NCBI RefSeq assembly: GCF_001194135.2
Contig: NC_068983.1
Coordinates: 160,098,254-160,162,253 of the forward strand
Reading direction: 5' to 3'
Origin: Octopus bimaculoides
Lineage: Eukaryota
DNA length: 64,000 bases
The translations under genes were made by a program, and so were the position numbers. The notes under the pieces are model-generated. The model ran no database searches and was not told the origin of the DNA. It saw only the letters and a list, made by a program, of their open reading frames with translations. How positions within the stretch are numbered: the stretch's first letter is position 1; every line of letters begins with the position of its first letter. Below, piece after piece: positions 12,476 to 26,559 of the stretch.

Positions 12476-14560
12476 TAATACAAAAATGGGACAAGAATGC
12501 AAAACATCCGAACAGTTAGGTGATACAAAAAAGAGCCAACAAAACATCCAGATAGATGATACAAAGAAAACAAGGACACGGTCATTCAGAGTTATCTTTC
12601 CTCAGTCGAGATCCATATTATCTTTGCAATTTCAGCTGGTTATACTCATGATTGCTCCAATCTGGCCAGCCCCAAGGAAAAACTAAGCTAAGAGCATTGG
12701 ATTCCTTAGAAAGAAGGAAGCAGCAAATGTATATGCAAATAAGGACAGAAAACAATGGAGAAATGTTATGCAAATACAAATGCAAGTAACAGAACATAAC
12801 AACAAGTGTCTTTCGACTAATGACGAATTAAATTAAGCTGGCATGTGTGGAAGTAAAGCCTTATGGCAAGGACATAAGATTTAACAAGCACAGGGAGGAA
12901 TATAGATGTTGCATGGATGGTAGTTGAACCAAGAAAGAAAGGTCAGGCTTGGCTGAACACTGGTCACGTGGGGAGAGAAGAGAGAGAGGTAGAGGTAGAG
13001 GGATAGAAGAATTAAGGAGGGGTGAGAAAAAGACAAAAGGGAAAGAGTGAGGTGAAAGAGGAGGGAAAATTAGCATGAAGAGAAGGCCAGGAAATGTGAG
13101 AGAGGGCGAACGAAAGAACGAAGAGTGGAATGAACAAGGTAAGTATAAAAGGGCTGATAGAAAGAAGGAAAGAATGAAAGAATAGAAAGAGTAATAGAGT
13201 CGTACAAAATTTATATATATATATACTTACATATAAGAGACCAAAGTGTACGTACGCCACTATATTGTTATATATATAAATAATACAAATTCATCATGTA
13301 TATGCACATCTGCATGCATGTGCATGTGTTTGTGTGTGTATATAGACATGCATCTGATGAGATGGATGTGTCATATGCACCTACAAAATTTTAAGTCCTG
13401 TGGAGCAGTGTCAAACTGTTATTAAATGCATGTAACTCCAACCAAATGTGTTGAGGGCAGTGTTTTTCATTTATTCACACAGAAAAAGCATTTGGGTTGG
13501 CACAATCAACTAAAATCCTTGAAAACAGTGCCCCAATATAGCTACAGACATTTGACTGAAGCTAATCATAAATTAAAAAACAATATGAGAGGGTTACAGT
13601 CACCACCTTTATATTCTGAGCTTTTACTGCTATTTATTTCATTATATAATATTGATGAAATGATTTGATATTATGAACAAAAAATTATAAATAACAGACT
13701 AGGCCATTACTAATATATTGTAGTATATTTAAAACAAAAGAGTCCACTTTATTTGTTCAGTTTAGATTGATATCTGAAGTTATTGTTTTTTAATAAAGTT
13801 ATTTCTTAATACTACAGAAGTTTGTGTAAATTAATTTACCCCTTCAAAGGAAAACTTTAGCTGCAGAAATTTCAAATACCTTCATCTTCAGCTTAATTTA
13901 AATAAATATTTGCATTTAAAAGACAAAATGAAACAAGTCTACATTTGCCGCACACCCACTCTCATTCCATTCTATAACAGAAATGAGAAAAACATCACCC
14001 CCCCCCCTCCCCCAAGAAAAAACATTTTATCAAATATAAACCAAATATGATAGTGAATAAAAACAAAAAAAGAATTATTTTTCCTTTATATCTTTATATA
14101 TAGTCAGTCAGTATTGTAATGTACTATGCACATCTAACAATTATTGCTATCAGTCACTAAATTAGTATTATTATATGTGCTTATATATCTCTGTCTATAA
14201 CCATTCTCTAGGCCACAGTTACAGGAGGGCAAAGAAGAGGCAAACAAAGATAGTCCAAGTCTAATAATATCAAGTTATATCTGTTTGAAGAAAACAAGGA
14301 TAGCAATCATTACTGACTATCAGAGTATTGTTCTGATACCTCAGTTATGGAATAAAGAAAGAAAAAGAAGGGAATCTCTCTATTCATATTTATTTACCTA
14401 TTATAATTCTTTCTTGTAGGCTGGAGCTTCATCACAAGAATTTCATAATAACAATGATAAGTGTTTTATGCTGAGCTTTAGAAAAATCTTGCAAATTTTT
14501 ACTTTCTCACTTACAAATTTTGCTTGTCAAGTACATGTTAGTTGGTCTCTTTCTTTGTCT

Positions 14561-15310
14561 GACACAGTAATAGCAGCCCTAAGAGCCGAAAGGGAAATTA
14601 AACACATAATGTAGAACATGGTACGAGAGTTACCAATACCTCTGGAGGAGATAAAGCGACACACGTCAAAAGATAGGTTCATTAATGAAACAAAAGAAAA
14701 CTCTGTGGTCAGCTAAAGAAAACAAAAAGAGTTTTGGGAAGCAAAAACAGCAACAGGTAAATATATGTTCAACATGCAACAGCATATTGATCTATGGCCA
14801 AAGGGTAGTGATATCTGAGTCTTTAAAAAAAATGAATGTTGAAAGAATTCCATATTGGACATTCGGAGATCACATGGATGAAAGCGCTTATGCACAGCTA
14901 TGTGTATTGGCCGAAGATGGACAAAAAAGTTGAAAACTTAGTAAAAGACTGCAGAAGATGTGCTCTGGCAGCGAAATTGCCTACTCAAAAACGGGAGCCT
15001 TGGTCAGAAATAAAAAAGTCCATGAACAAGACTACACACCAATTTTGTGGGTCCGTTAAATGGTTATTACTACTTAGTAGTAGTTGACAGTTTTACAAAA
15101 TGGCTGGAAATTGTTAAATGCAAAAAACCACCCTCCGAAATGGCAATAAATTTTTTGTACAAATTATTCACAAGATATGGCATCCCAGACGTGATTGTAT
15201 CTTATAATGGAGCATAATTTGTGTCCAGTGAATTGAGAAAATTCTGTGAAATGTTAACGGTAGAACATAAAACGATAGTGCCTTACCATCCCAGATCAAA
15301 TAGACAGGCT
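14561..15310 (+). mobile_element. Gypsy LTR retrotransposon pol fragment (integrase zinc finger and core)
   Basis: LKEFHIGH...MKALMHSYVYWPKMDKKVENLVKDCRRC (HHCC), VDSFTKWLE, YGIPDVIVS, PYHPRSN; frameshifted. Confidence 0.92.
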
Positions 15311-16206
15311 ATAAACCTGAACTTGTAACCTGGATAGAGTAACTGCAAATTTCTCAATGGTTCAGCATAAGTATTTTCTTTTTTGCTGATTTTTAGTTTT
15401 ATGTTAATATCTGCTGAGAAGCAGATTCCCACAACTGTACACAATTTCTTTTCTCTATCCCAAATCACTATGTCAGTTCTATTATGTTTACATTTTATTG
15501 AGGTCTTCACTGGGACATTTCACTAGTATGCCTTTTTATTATGAGTGGTTATGGCGTCTACCATACCGTGGGTTCTTATTTCTTTGTTCTCGGAGTTATC
15601 CTTTCAACGGATTTCATTATACAATGTCCTAGCTACAACATCAGGTCTCATCAGTAGATAACACCGTGATGACATTATTGGACAACTGCTTATGATGTGG
15701 GTGATATCTTCAGTGTGAACTCCACAAAGTCTGCATCGGTTGTCACATTTTATTAGCTTTCTTGCATCTCTATCCATTTTGTGTATCAGGTATTTGTTTG
15801 ATATTTCTTGTTCCTGGATTACAAACACATACCCTTCAAAGCAGGAGGTAGTAATCCAGCTATTGGTCCATGACAGACTGCTTTGATGATCAACGTTACT
15901 ATCATCTCAGAGCTTTCTAGTACCATATCCATGCATAATCTTCTGCTGATATACGCTTATCCTTTCATCTGATGATACATTGCAGTAGAGCCATGCAATT
16001 TCTCTGGGAATGTATTTAAGGTTATCAAAGAAACAATGCTCCTCCAGGACCTACTTTTCAAGTTTTAGGATGTTATCAACCTCATGTATGCAAACTTGGT
16101 CAAGGGATGCGCTTCAACACTTGGTGTTTAATAGATGTTGCTGAAGGTATATAATACAGCATCCAAAGGCATTCTGGATCGATGCTAAGCCTTTGCCACC
16201 CGGTTT
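15311..16206 (-). mobile_element. R4/Dong-like (RLE endonuclease) non-LTR retrotransposon fragment
   Basis: KPGGKGL, CRLCGVHTEDITHIISSC (CCHC), R(P/H)DVVARTLY, RTDIVIWDREKK...KENTYAEPLRNLQLLYPGYKFRFI (PD..D/ExK nuclease region); decayed. Confidence 0.88.
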
Positions 16207-19200
16207 TTATTTTAGGTAGAGGTGGTCTACATCATGTATGTATGGATGGATGGATGGATGGATGGATGGACGGATGGACAGATGGATAGACGGACGGACA
16301 GATGGAGAGATGGATGGATGGAAGGACAGATGAATGGATGGATTAATGTGTGCATGTATGTATGCATTTTTATTGTTTTGTTTTCTTTCATGTCTGCTAA
16401 TCTTATTTTTATATGACCCTTCTATTACATTTTGTTTATAAGTAACTGGTTTTGTTTTGCCATTATAATCACTCCAGCTCACCCAGAATAAATTAAAGTA
16501 ACTTCCTAAATATATCAAAATCTAAATACTTGAAAACAAAGTTACTTAATTTTTCATTAAAAAATAATTGAACTTCTTAACTTTAATAGTTTCTGAGATA
16601 TTCAAACAAGCAGCAGTATAAAAACTAAAGTACCTAATATTTTAGTAGCTGGATATTTTGGAGAGATTTGAATGGAAGAAATGCTTGCAGTTAATCAAAA
16701 TAAATTTAATTATTACAATAAAATTAACAAACATATCAGTTGAAATCACTTTAACTAAAGTAATTTCTAATTTTTCCCCCCCTATCTTGTCAGTTACATG
16801 GAAGTTTAAATCATGCTCAATGATATTTCCTTTTAGTAAAAACTAAAATAGAAATAGAGAAAACACAAGTTAGTTCAAAATGATTCAAAGCCATATAAAC
16901 ATGTCCGACTATCTCAAAGTAGTTAAATGATATTGTTTAACTGAAACGCATATCTCTATGCATAACAGAATGCTCTGATAAATATTATGTTTCCGAAAAG
17001 AGATAAAGACAGAGAGAGAAAGTAACCACATTATATGTAAATAATAATAGCATTATGTTATACACTTATGATAAAGAGAATGGAACTTCTACTACATCAC
17101 ACAGACTTAATATTATAGAATAAAAATATTGTAAACTGATTGTTACAAAAATATTCCCCAAAACTAATAGATTGAGCAAAAATAAATTGCAAGAACTATG
17201 ACACATAAGCAAAAAGAAAAACCTGAATAATGATGGTGGTGGTGGTGGTGGCAACGAGGATAATGATGATGATAACAATGACGATGATGATAATTAGAGT
17301 CAATGAGATGAGGCCATAGCCAAAAACAAAAGATAAGTTATATCATTAAAAAGAACTTAGAAATATGGGTAACTTATTTTGATTAAACCTTAATCATATG
17401 GATCAGAGCATCAACAACTTAAATAATCTAAACTGTATGATGTTGAAAAAGTCCAAATTATAAAAAAAAAAAACTGATAAAATGATAAAAAAAAAAGGGG
17501 CGTTACTGGTAACAAAATCAAGTGAGATGGAATGGAAAAAACATTTACTACAAAGAAAATCAATAAAATGCTGTTGAGAACAATAGCAAATTATTGTTAC
17601 CTTGAAGATATCTTGAGTAAAAAAAAAGAAGAAACTGATTTATGTAATCTAAATCAAATGATATATATTTAGTAAGCAATGTGTTATAAAAAATAGGATA
17701 GATAAAAATGTTTGAATGAAAAAATCTATCCCACAAAATAAATACATGGATAAAAATTTGAAAAATGATCATGACATAAATATACATTTTAAAGAGAGGA
17801 AAAAGTACATAACACCTCGAGACATTCTATGTCATAAGTCATTAACACAGTCTTGTAATAGACAGAAACGTTCTTTTCCTGTCACCAAAACTGACACGAC
17901 TCAGTGTGAATATCTAAAATGATATCAAATACTGGTGTATTACATCTTTAATTGATATATTATGGGCTATCAGTAGCAGTAATTTGATGATCAGTTAAAG
18001 GTATTTTAATCATATTTTTTTTGTTTTTCTTTATTTCATCTGTAACTTATACAACTGGAAAAATGTGATCTCTTTCATTCTTAGAAAATTAACAGAGAAA
18101 AAAAATGCTTATCAGCTGACTAGAGCTTTCCTCGTGACTTATTAATATTGATGATACTTTCATCATTATATTTCCAATGCACTGAATATCTTCAGTGCAC
18201 TTAATGTTTTCAGCACATTGAACACTTTGAGTGCACTCCACATTTTCAGAAAAAATTGATATTCTCAGTGCACAGAGAATATGAGTGCACTTCTCCAATG
18301 AACTAGATTATATTTTAAATGGTTGACCTTCAAAGAAGTTCTCAGCATGCACCATGTTTTACTTGAAATCCTAGTTTATATGGATCATTTCATTTCCCTT
18401 GCTAGTTAAGTCCACTGCTTTAAAGAACAACCAGATCACTGTCACAACTATGAACATCATAAACAACATTAGTTTCATGCATTTGAACAGTCCTCTAAAT
18501 TTCAGATTAGCTTCTTTAAGATTACTTATATAATACGGACCTGTACTTGATTAAGCATACCTAGCATGAGATTTGAAACTTACTTGCTACAGTGAAATAG
18601 AAAGCAATTTTATACAACTAAAATTATTATTTTTATGTAGTTACAGAATGTTAGATATGCAGAGGAGACTAAAAAGCTGACACGCCATAATTTATACAAT
18701 ACATAGCAATAAACTTATATCTCAATGTAATCTTTGTTACTATTAAAGGAATACTAACAAGGTAATGTTTGATGTTATTAAAGAAATATAGAGTAAACAT
18801 TGAAACGTTTCAAATGTGGTAGCTTCTTCATATATTTATATTGACAAAAGAGAAGGAAAACTGTCATTGATTTTTTAGTAGAAATCAAATATTGAAGAAT
18901 AAGATGTGATGTATTTTTTAGCAAACAGAATTAGAATGATTGCTTATGATACTGCTTTTGTGAATCATCACAGAATGATAAAAGGTAAATACACACAGAA
19001 AAATCAATTATGAAGCGTAAAGATCTATTGAATACCAACTCATTTCTCTTTGCTGAAACACTGCCCTGTATTGTCATTATAATTTTCCATAAACACATCA
19101 AGCTTTGCAGAGTTCTATCACCAATTAGGAAAACTAACGTAAGTTATCAATTAGAGCAATTAAGAGAAGATATTGATAAATGCATATAATTGTACCTTTT

Positions 19201-19854
19201 TGATGCCATTTTTTAGGGTGAGCAACATTTGATTAGGAAACTGCAATGATTTTTGCATTACCTGCTTCAGGGAAACAACTGGAAAGTTTTGTAGGAAGTA
19301 GAATACCTGTACCATTGCTTTTCTCTTCTGTACAAAATAATGGTAGTTGTGTATCTTTACTGGTTAACATGTTCAAACATTAGGATCAACAAAAAAATGA
19401 AAAATTATCTTTGTTCACATGATCCATATTGATTTTCAAACAAGTGATAGGAAATTTTATTAATTTTTTCACATTGCCAAAGCCTGGATCATGGAATTAC
19501 TAGTATCATACTTCTAGCATGGTACTCTCTTAATTACTGCTAGGTGGCATGAGATAAAAACAGGCTTTTTATCCCTGAATATGGTCAAAGTTTGTTAAGT
19601 AAAGTACATATATACACCTATTCATATATTTTATGCATATTAGCTAAAGGTTCAGACGTTAACCATTTCACACAAATTAAGGATATTAAAGAAGGTTAGT
19701 TCTTTAATTCTTGTCTAATTCTGCTCTATTTTTCAAACAACAAGAAGCATTACAAAGCCAAATTAAGTTTAATTCTTATAGTGATGAACTTATGAAAGGT
19801 ATTCCAATAGAACTTCTCAGTCAAGGTGATTTTTATCTTTTAAACAAGTATATA

Positions 19855-20480
19855 AATGTATCTGACCGCAGTCAATGCCAGTGTCCTCTGATTGGCTCCC
19901 GTGCTGGTAGCATGTAAAAAGCACCATCTGAATGTGGTTGATGCCAGGCCAACCTGATTGGCTTCTGTGCCGGTGGCACATAAAAAGCACCATTTGAATG
20001 TGGCTGATGCCAGTACTCCCAGACTAGCTCCCTTGTCAGTGGCACATAAAAAGCACTATCTGAATGTGATCAATGCCAGGCCCGCCTGACTGGCTCCTGT
20101 GCCGGTGGTACATAAAAAGCACCATCCAAAAGTGATCTATGCCAGACCCACCTGATTGGTTCCTGTGCTGGTGGCATGTAAAAAGCACCATCCAAAAGTG
20201 ATCGACGCCAGACCCACCTGACTGGTTCCTGTGCTGGTGGTACATAAGAAGCAACATCCAAAAGTGATCGATGCCAGACCCACCTGACTGGTTCCTGTGC
20301 TGGTGGCATGTAAAAAGCACCCACTACACTCTCGGAGTTGTTGGCTTTAGGAAGGGCATTCACCTGTAGAAACATTGTCAGATCAGATTGGAGCCTGGTG
20401 CAGCTACTGGCTCTCCAGACCTCAGACAAACCGTCCAGCATGGAAAACAGACGTTAAACGATGATGATGATGATGATGAT
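19855..20480 (+). mobile_element. RTE 3' UTR with seven tandem 66-bp units
   Basis: Unit ~CCTGTGCTGGTGGCATGTAAAAAGCACCATCCAAAAGTGATCGATGCCAGACCCACCTGACTGGTT (starts at 20162 and 20228), followed by the standard tail and (GAT)n. Confidence 0.85.
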
Positions 20481-21479
20481 GGTATTCATATAATTAGTTC
20501 TCAACCACTTGGTTTCAAGTTCAGCCCAACTGTGTGATACCTGAACCAAGTGGACAGACACCGAAAGAAGCCTGCTGTACATACATACATACATGCATAT
20601 GTACATACATACATACATACATACATACATACATACATACATACATACATACACACACATACATGCATACATACATACATACATACATACATANNNNNNN
20701 NNNNNNNNNNNNNNNNNNNNNNNNNNNNNNNNNNNNNNNNNNNNNNNNNNNNNNNNNNNNNNNNNNNNNNNNNNNNNNNNNNNNNNNNNNNNNNNNNNNN
20801 NNNNNNNNNNNNNNNNNNNNNNNNNNNNNNNNNNNNNNNNNNNNNNNNNNNNNNNNNNNNNNNNNNNNNNNNNNNNNNNNNNNNNNNNNNNNNNNNNNNN
20901 NNNNNNNNNNNNNNNNNNNNNNNNNNNNNNNNNNNNNNNNNNNNNNNNNNNNNNNNNNNNNNNNNNNNNNNNNNNNNNNNNNNNNNNNNNNNNNNNNNNN
21001 NNNNNNNNNNNNNNNNNNNNNNNNNNNNNNNNNNNNNNNNNNNNNNNNNNNNNNNNNNNNNNNNNNNNNNNNNNNNNNNNNNNNNNNNNNNNNNNNNNNN
21101 NNNNNNNNNNNNNNNNNNNNNNNNNNNNNNNNNNNNNNNNNNNNNNNNNNNNNNNNNNNNNNNNNNNNNNNNNNNNNNNNNNNNNNNNNNNNNNNNNNNN
21201 NNNNNNNNNNNNNNNNNNNNNNNNNNNNNNNNNNNNNNNNNNNNNNNNNNNNNNNNNNNNNNNNNNNNNNNNNNNNNNNNNNNNNNNNNNNNNNNNNNNN
21301 NNNNNNNNNNNNNNNNNNNNNNNNNNNNNNNNNNNNNNNNNCTGAATCAAATTCTCTGTACTCAAAAATGGGGGGTTCTGTAAAAAAGAAAGCAAAAACG
21401 AAAGGGGGTGAGGTCCACATTCTTTACATCCGCCTTAGATATGAACACCAACTTACTTATATAACCATGTTGGGCGTTT

Positions 21480-21514
21480 GTAGCAGCAGCAGCGGCGGCA
21501 GTAGTAGCAGCATC

Positions 21515-21552
<38 letters not shown>

Positions 21553-21575
21553 CAATAGTAACAGCAGTTAGTTAG
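21480..21575. repeat. (CAG)/(TAG)n microsatellite
   Basis: Directly visible. Confidence 0.9.
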
Positions 21576-22074
21576 TAGCAGTTATGGTTGTAATAGTTGT
21601 ATTTATGACAATACTAAAGATGGACAGAAATACCTTTATAAGTATGTTGGTGTGTAATAAGAGGCGTACAGTAGATGTATGGCAGTAGCCATGATAGTAG
21701 TGATGGTTATGATGCCATCAGTGCATGTTGAATTGCTGGCTTGACTGCTGGCGATTATTGTGGATAGTATAATTATAAAGAAAAAGATTCTTTTATAATT
21801 TAGAAACAGAAGAAAATAGGAAAAGTGAGAGACGGTTGATTGTAGTGACTTTAGTGTATGATTATCATATTAATCCAAATCTATATTATATTGTAGTGTA
21901 TTGACAACATTACCAATTTTGTTTACATTCATTCTTTCTTTTAGCCTCTAACTGGTTTCAGTCATTGAATTGCGATCATGCTGGGGCATCACCTTCAATA
22001 ATATATAGTTTTAAACATTGTATTTCTTTAAACCTTGTATCACATATATTTTATGTATTATTTACACACTGACA

Positions 22075-22184
22075 AGGAGACAGACAAATAGACAGACAGG
22101 CAGGCAGACAGACAGGCAGACAGGCAGACAGACTGACAGAATGAAATGCAGACAGACAGACAGGCAGACAGGCAGACAGGCAGG

Positions 22185-22226
<42 letters not shown>
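22075..22226. repeat. (CAGA/CAGG)n(GATA)n microsatellite
   Basis: Directly visible. Confidence 0.95.
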
Positions 22227-22245
<19 letters not shown>

Positions 22246-22254
22246 GAATCTAGA

Positions 22255-23125
22255 GGAGAATTAAAGAGGAAATTCCAGGTTTGAAACCTAAACCTAGAAT
22301 CAAGAGTTCTTAAGGTTAACTTAGCAAAAACATAGGTTTTAGTGAGTAGGAAAGAAGACTAGATGCTGGTATCATCAGGAAAATAGCCTTGCTTGATATG
22401 CAAAAGAGGAATAGGCATAAATTGCATAAGCTGTGTCCATTATAAGCTATGAGTATACAAGAGATGTAGACTAACAGAGGGTATAAGCTTTATATATGAT
22501 AGATGCTCTGGCGCAGTATATACTATGAGCATACGGGAAATAGATTTGCTTATATGGCTGGATGGCTGACTAGAAGTAGCTGATAGCTTTAGTAATGTAA
22601 TTAGCTGGTAAGGTGGTTGCTCTGAAAGTATAGCAGCCAGGGTAAGAACAGGCTGGTGAAAGGTCAGGGAGTTACAGAGACTTTGTGACAGGTGACTAAG
22701 TTTTCTTCTCCCGAGTGAAGGTCAGATTTATGATGCTTGTATTAGAACTGCCATGCTGCATGATAATATAACACAAGCTTTGAATGCAAATGACTTCAGA
22801 CGACTGCTTCATTGAATGTACATTCTAAGTGTACATGAATGACAAAGTATGTACTTAGTAAAACACACTAGGCATAAGAATCAGATCTAATATGAAAGAA
22901 GACTATACTGGTATGGACATGTGATGTGTATGGACAAGGACAGCTGTATAAAAAAGTGTTGACCACTTAAGGTGGATGGAGTGTGCAGAAGATGAAAAGC
23001 CAAGAAGGTATGAGATTAAGTGATGAAGGCTGACCTTTGAACCTTGAACTTTGAGGATGAGTTGACAAAGGACTGAAATGAAAGGTGATTGTTGATCCAA
23101 AGAGAACCTGCCCGAATCAGCAAAG
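22255..23125 (+). mobile_element. RTE LINE ORF C-terminal fragment, decayed
   Basis: KVNLAKT, YDACIRTAMLH, WYGHVMCMDKDSCIKKC...KVDGVC motifs. Confidence 0.75.
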
Positions 23126-24212
23126 CTAATCTCTGGAGCACTGTGTATATATATATATATACGTGTGTGTAAGTATGTATGTGTGTGTTTGGTGGGGGGG
23201 GGGTGTATGCAAGTGGACTTCTTGACCAATTTCCTTTTTTATACATTTTCCCCATCCATCATTTCTCAAACTGCAGCTTTTCCTTGATACCAGTAATCTT
23301 TCTTGTTGCCTTAAACCATTTCATTGGATCTCCCACTACCAGACCTCTTTCACCCTCCCCACACACTATATCTGCCTCTCTACTCACCCTGGAAACCTAC
23401 CAACCTACACATCATCACTCTTTCTCACTTTCATCCTTCCCCTGTCCTTTGTATTAACATTATTGCTGCTCTTCAGCCCCATGCATCAATGGAAAACCTC
23501 AACCCCTTATCCATCATTTACTACATACACCCCTGAATGCTTGTTTTTCATTCATTATATTCACACATCCTTCAACCGTTCCCCCATCTCTCACTCTCCT
23601 CTACATTCAGGCAACACTCTACACTCTGGCAACCTCTACCCACCCATGCTCCAGTTCCTCTGTCTTTGCTCACTTCTACTTACCTTGTGCCATGAGGGGC
23701 CATCTGGATACCTCATTGCCACTATTTTTATCTCTTCCCAGCTTCACATCTATCAACTCCACCCCCCCCCTTTTAAAATGCCAGTAATCATTTAGCTCCT
23801 TTACAACAGGAAACTTGTTCTACTTTGGCCCTTTCATTCATACTTTAACCCTTATCTCCTTGAATAAGGCTGCCTCTCTTGGGGTCTAGAGTCTTGCAAG
23901 CTGTATGGTGACCTCACTAGTGCAGGTCCCATGAGAAAAGCACCTTGTACATGGTGTAAAGTGGTTGGCATTAGGAAGGGTATTCGTTATAGAAACCATG
24001 TCATCGTAGAAAATGGAGTTTAATATAATCCTTCAGTCTGTTGGATCCTCTTGAACCATTCCTTTCAGCCAACATGGACATTTTGCTTACAAGGAATGTA
24101 ACCATATTACTACTGCCCAAACAGTGTCAATTTGGAAACATTCCGACACAGTCATACACTCAAATATTCGCACACACCAAATTCACTCATACACATGCTT
24201 ATACACACCCAC

Positions 24213-24251
<39 letters not shown>

Positions 24252-24839
24252 CACATACATACATACATACATACATACATACATTCAAGCATAGGCAGAT
24301 TCTCTCAACCAGATTTCACTCACAAGGCATTGGTCAGCCTAAGGCTATGGTAGAAAACACCTGCCCAAAGTGCTATGCAGTGGGGGTGAGTCTGGGACCA
24401 GGTAGTTATGAAGCATAGCTCTTCATCATGTATCTATATCTATGCCTATATATGAAATCAAAAGTTTAAGTGAGAATGCAAAGATATGAGACTAAATGCT
24501 GTATGGCATTCAGTCTAGTGCCCAGTCTGTTCCGTTATACTACTACTTTCAACATGATATTGTATGGGCAATGAATGTGTTTCTATGTACCTGACCCGCT
24601 AGAAATAGAAACCAAATCTATAAGTTATTATACCTTACTATTGTATATCAGGGAAGGGCACACTGGATAATGCCACCCTACTCAGATGAGACACACTGAA
24701 TTTTTTTTAAATGAGGTGATCACAGCTGGAAAACCTTTCAGCATTGATTCACTTAATCAAGGCTTATACAAAGCTAAACATTGATACATGTTACTTGTTT
24801 TGCATTGTTGAATATGACCACCCCTCAAGACTGATTTCT

Positions 24840-25520
24840 CTGTCAATTTTGGTGGGTCAAGAGATGACTGATGAAGCCTATTCTCTTTCACATGTAGGGC
24901 ATATATGAAAGGATGCAGCACCTTGAAGAGTGTTGGTATGCACTGCAGTTAATTTATTATCAAGGAGGCTTGCACCAGATGAATAGCTTGTACAGTTATA
25001 GATCAAAGCTTGGTGCCAACTGAGAGCCAGGAGTAGACAAGCTCTTCTGAAAGTGTATTGGCAGAATTTCTATTGTGGCTACTGTCAGACTTAAATTATT
25101 GTAAAAGGACGGCTGCAACAAATGAACAGCCTCATTTTCTCATCACTGACTTTCTAGGCCAAGATGAATGGGAGTATGCTGGGTATGCAGTGGGATGACC
25201 ACAGCAATCAGCATATTTCTCTATGCTCTGAAGTATACATCACATTGTGCTTTTGTTGGATATCACCTTTCTGGCAACTAAAATTTTACCATTGATGCCT
25301 GGGTTTCCTTTGCAAAGTCTGTCAAAAATCTAGTTTTCTCATGCAAAGGTTATCAAGCCCCTAAGGGATTTCATCAGGAGCCTGATACTCATCAGCTGTC
25401 TTCAACTTGGTTTAACCAGCCTGTCAATAATGTTGTCCGGGAAATAGTACAATGCTGCATGCTAATAGTTTGTAGCATTACAGGTCAGTGCTAGCAGAGA
25501 ACTATATTGAAAAGGAATTA
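24840..25520 (-). mobile_element. RTE-1/BovB-like LINE fragment, highly decayed
   Basis: Minus-strand end resembles ...ICPTC...IGFISHL(R/L)TH. Confidence 0.5.
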
Positions 25521-25889
25521 GCAGAACCCCTATCAAAGATAATGTTCTCTTTGACATTTCATAGCTTTCACAACAGTAGTATTGTAAAATATAGGTGTTT
25601 CTTTAGTTTATAGTATTAAGTTCAAACCTTCCTAAGGAAATTTATCTTTATTTTTATTATTATCATCTGCAGATGAGTGACAATAGTCATAGTCTCTGAG
25701 ACTCGTCAGATTGAGGAGGGTTGACTTTTTACTTTAACTTGATGCCAGAAGGAAAAATGCTGCAAACAGGAGTCAATAAGAATGCATTTACAGAGTCATC
25801 CAATCTGTTAGAATAAAGCAACTAAATATTACTATACCATTTTAAAAGATGTGTGAAAGCATCAGATAATGTAGTCCTAAGCATACTTT

Positions 25890-26290
25890 CATCATCATCA
25901 TCATCATCGTTGTTTAACGTCTACATTCCATGCTGGCATGGGTTGGATGATTTGACTGAGGACTAGCAAGCCAGGAGGCTGCACCAGGCTCCAATCTGAT
26001 CTGGCAAGCTAGATGGCCTTTCTAATGCCAGTTACTCTGAGAGTGTAATGGGTGCTTTTTATGTGCCACTGGCATGGGGGCCAGTCAGATGGCACTGGCA
26101 TCAACCACACTAGAATGGTACTTTTTTTACATGCCACTGGCACAGGAGCCAGTCAGATGGCACTGGCATCAACCACACTAGAATGGTACTTTTTTTACAT
26201 GCCACTGGCACAGGAGCCAGTCAGGTGGAACTGGCATCGACCATGCTCAAATGGTGCTTTTTATGTGCCAGTCAGGTTGAACTGGCATTG
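25890..26290 (-). mobile_element. RTE 3' end with ~3.5 internal tandem units
   Basis: (CAT)n, then reverse complement of the tail; two near-identical internal units. Confidence 0.8.
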
Positions 26291-26559
26291 GTCACAACAA
26301 CGATTTCAGTCATGACAATGATTCAGTCACGACAACAATTCAATGACAATGGTTTGAAAAAAATCATTCTAGACATACCACTAAAATGTCTTTGATCATA
26401 AATGTGCTGGATTAAGGCTGAATTGGACTAAGCAACAAAAGCAACATAGCAGAGAGGTTGATTGATCAGCACTTATGATGCAAATCTATAATGAAAGGTA
26501 TTTCAGCTTTGACAATCTTGTCTTTTATTCAGTCAAAATGTATCAAAGACGATGCTATC

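Noticed and set aside
12575-12612. Hammerhead motif CTGAGGA...GAATGAC on the minus strand
   Set aside because: GAAT instead of GAAA, and no convincing stems I-III.
18790-18835. Palindrome TTGAAACGTTTCAA with nearby TGAAGA as a ribozyme
   Set aside because: No C3 and no stem II; an isolated 14-bp palindrome is plausible by chance in AT-rich DNA.
19711-19917. ORF MSNSALFFKQQ... as a host exon
   Set aside because: No recognisable domain, weak splice context, and it runs into an RTE UTR.
23200-23820. Specific LINE assignment for the pyrimidine-rich block
   Set aside because: It looks like a decayed retroelement, but no motif is intact enough to support a call.
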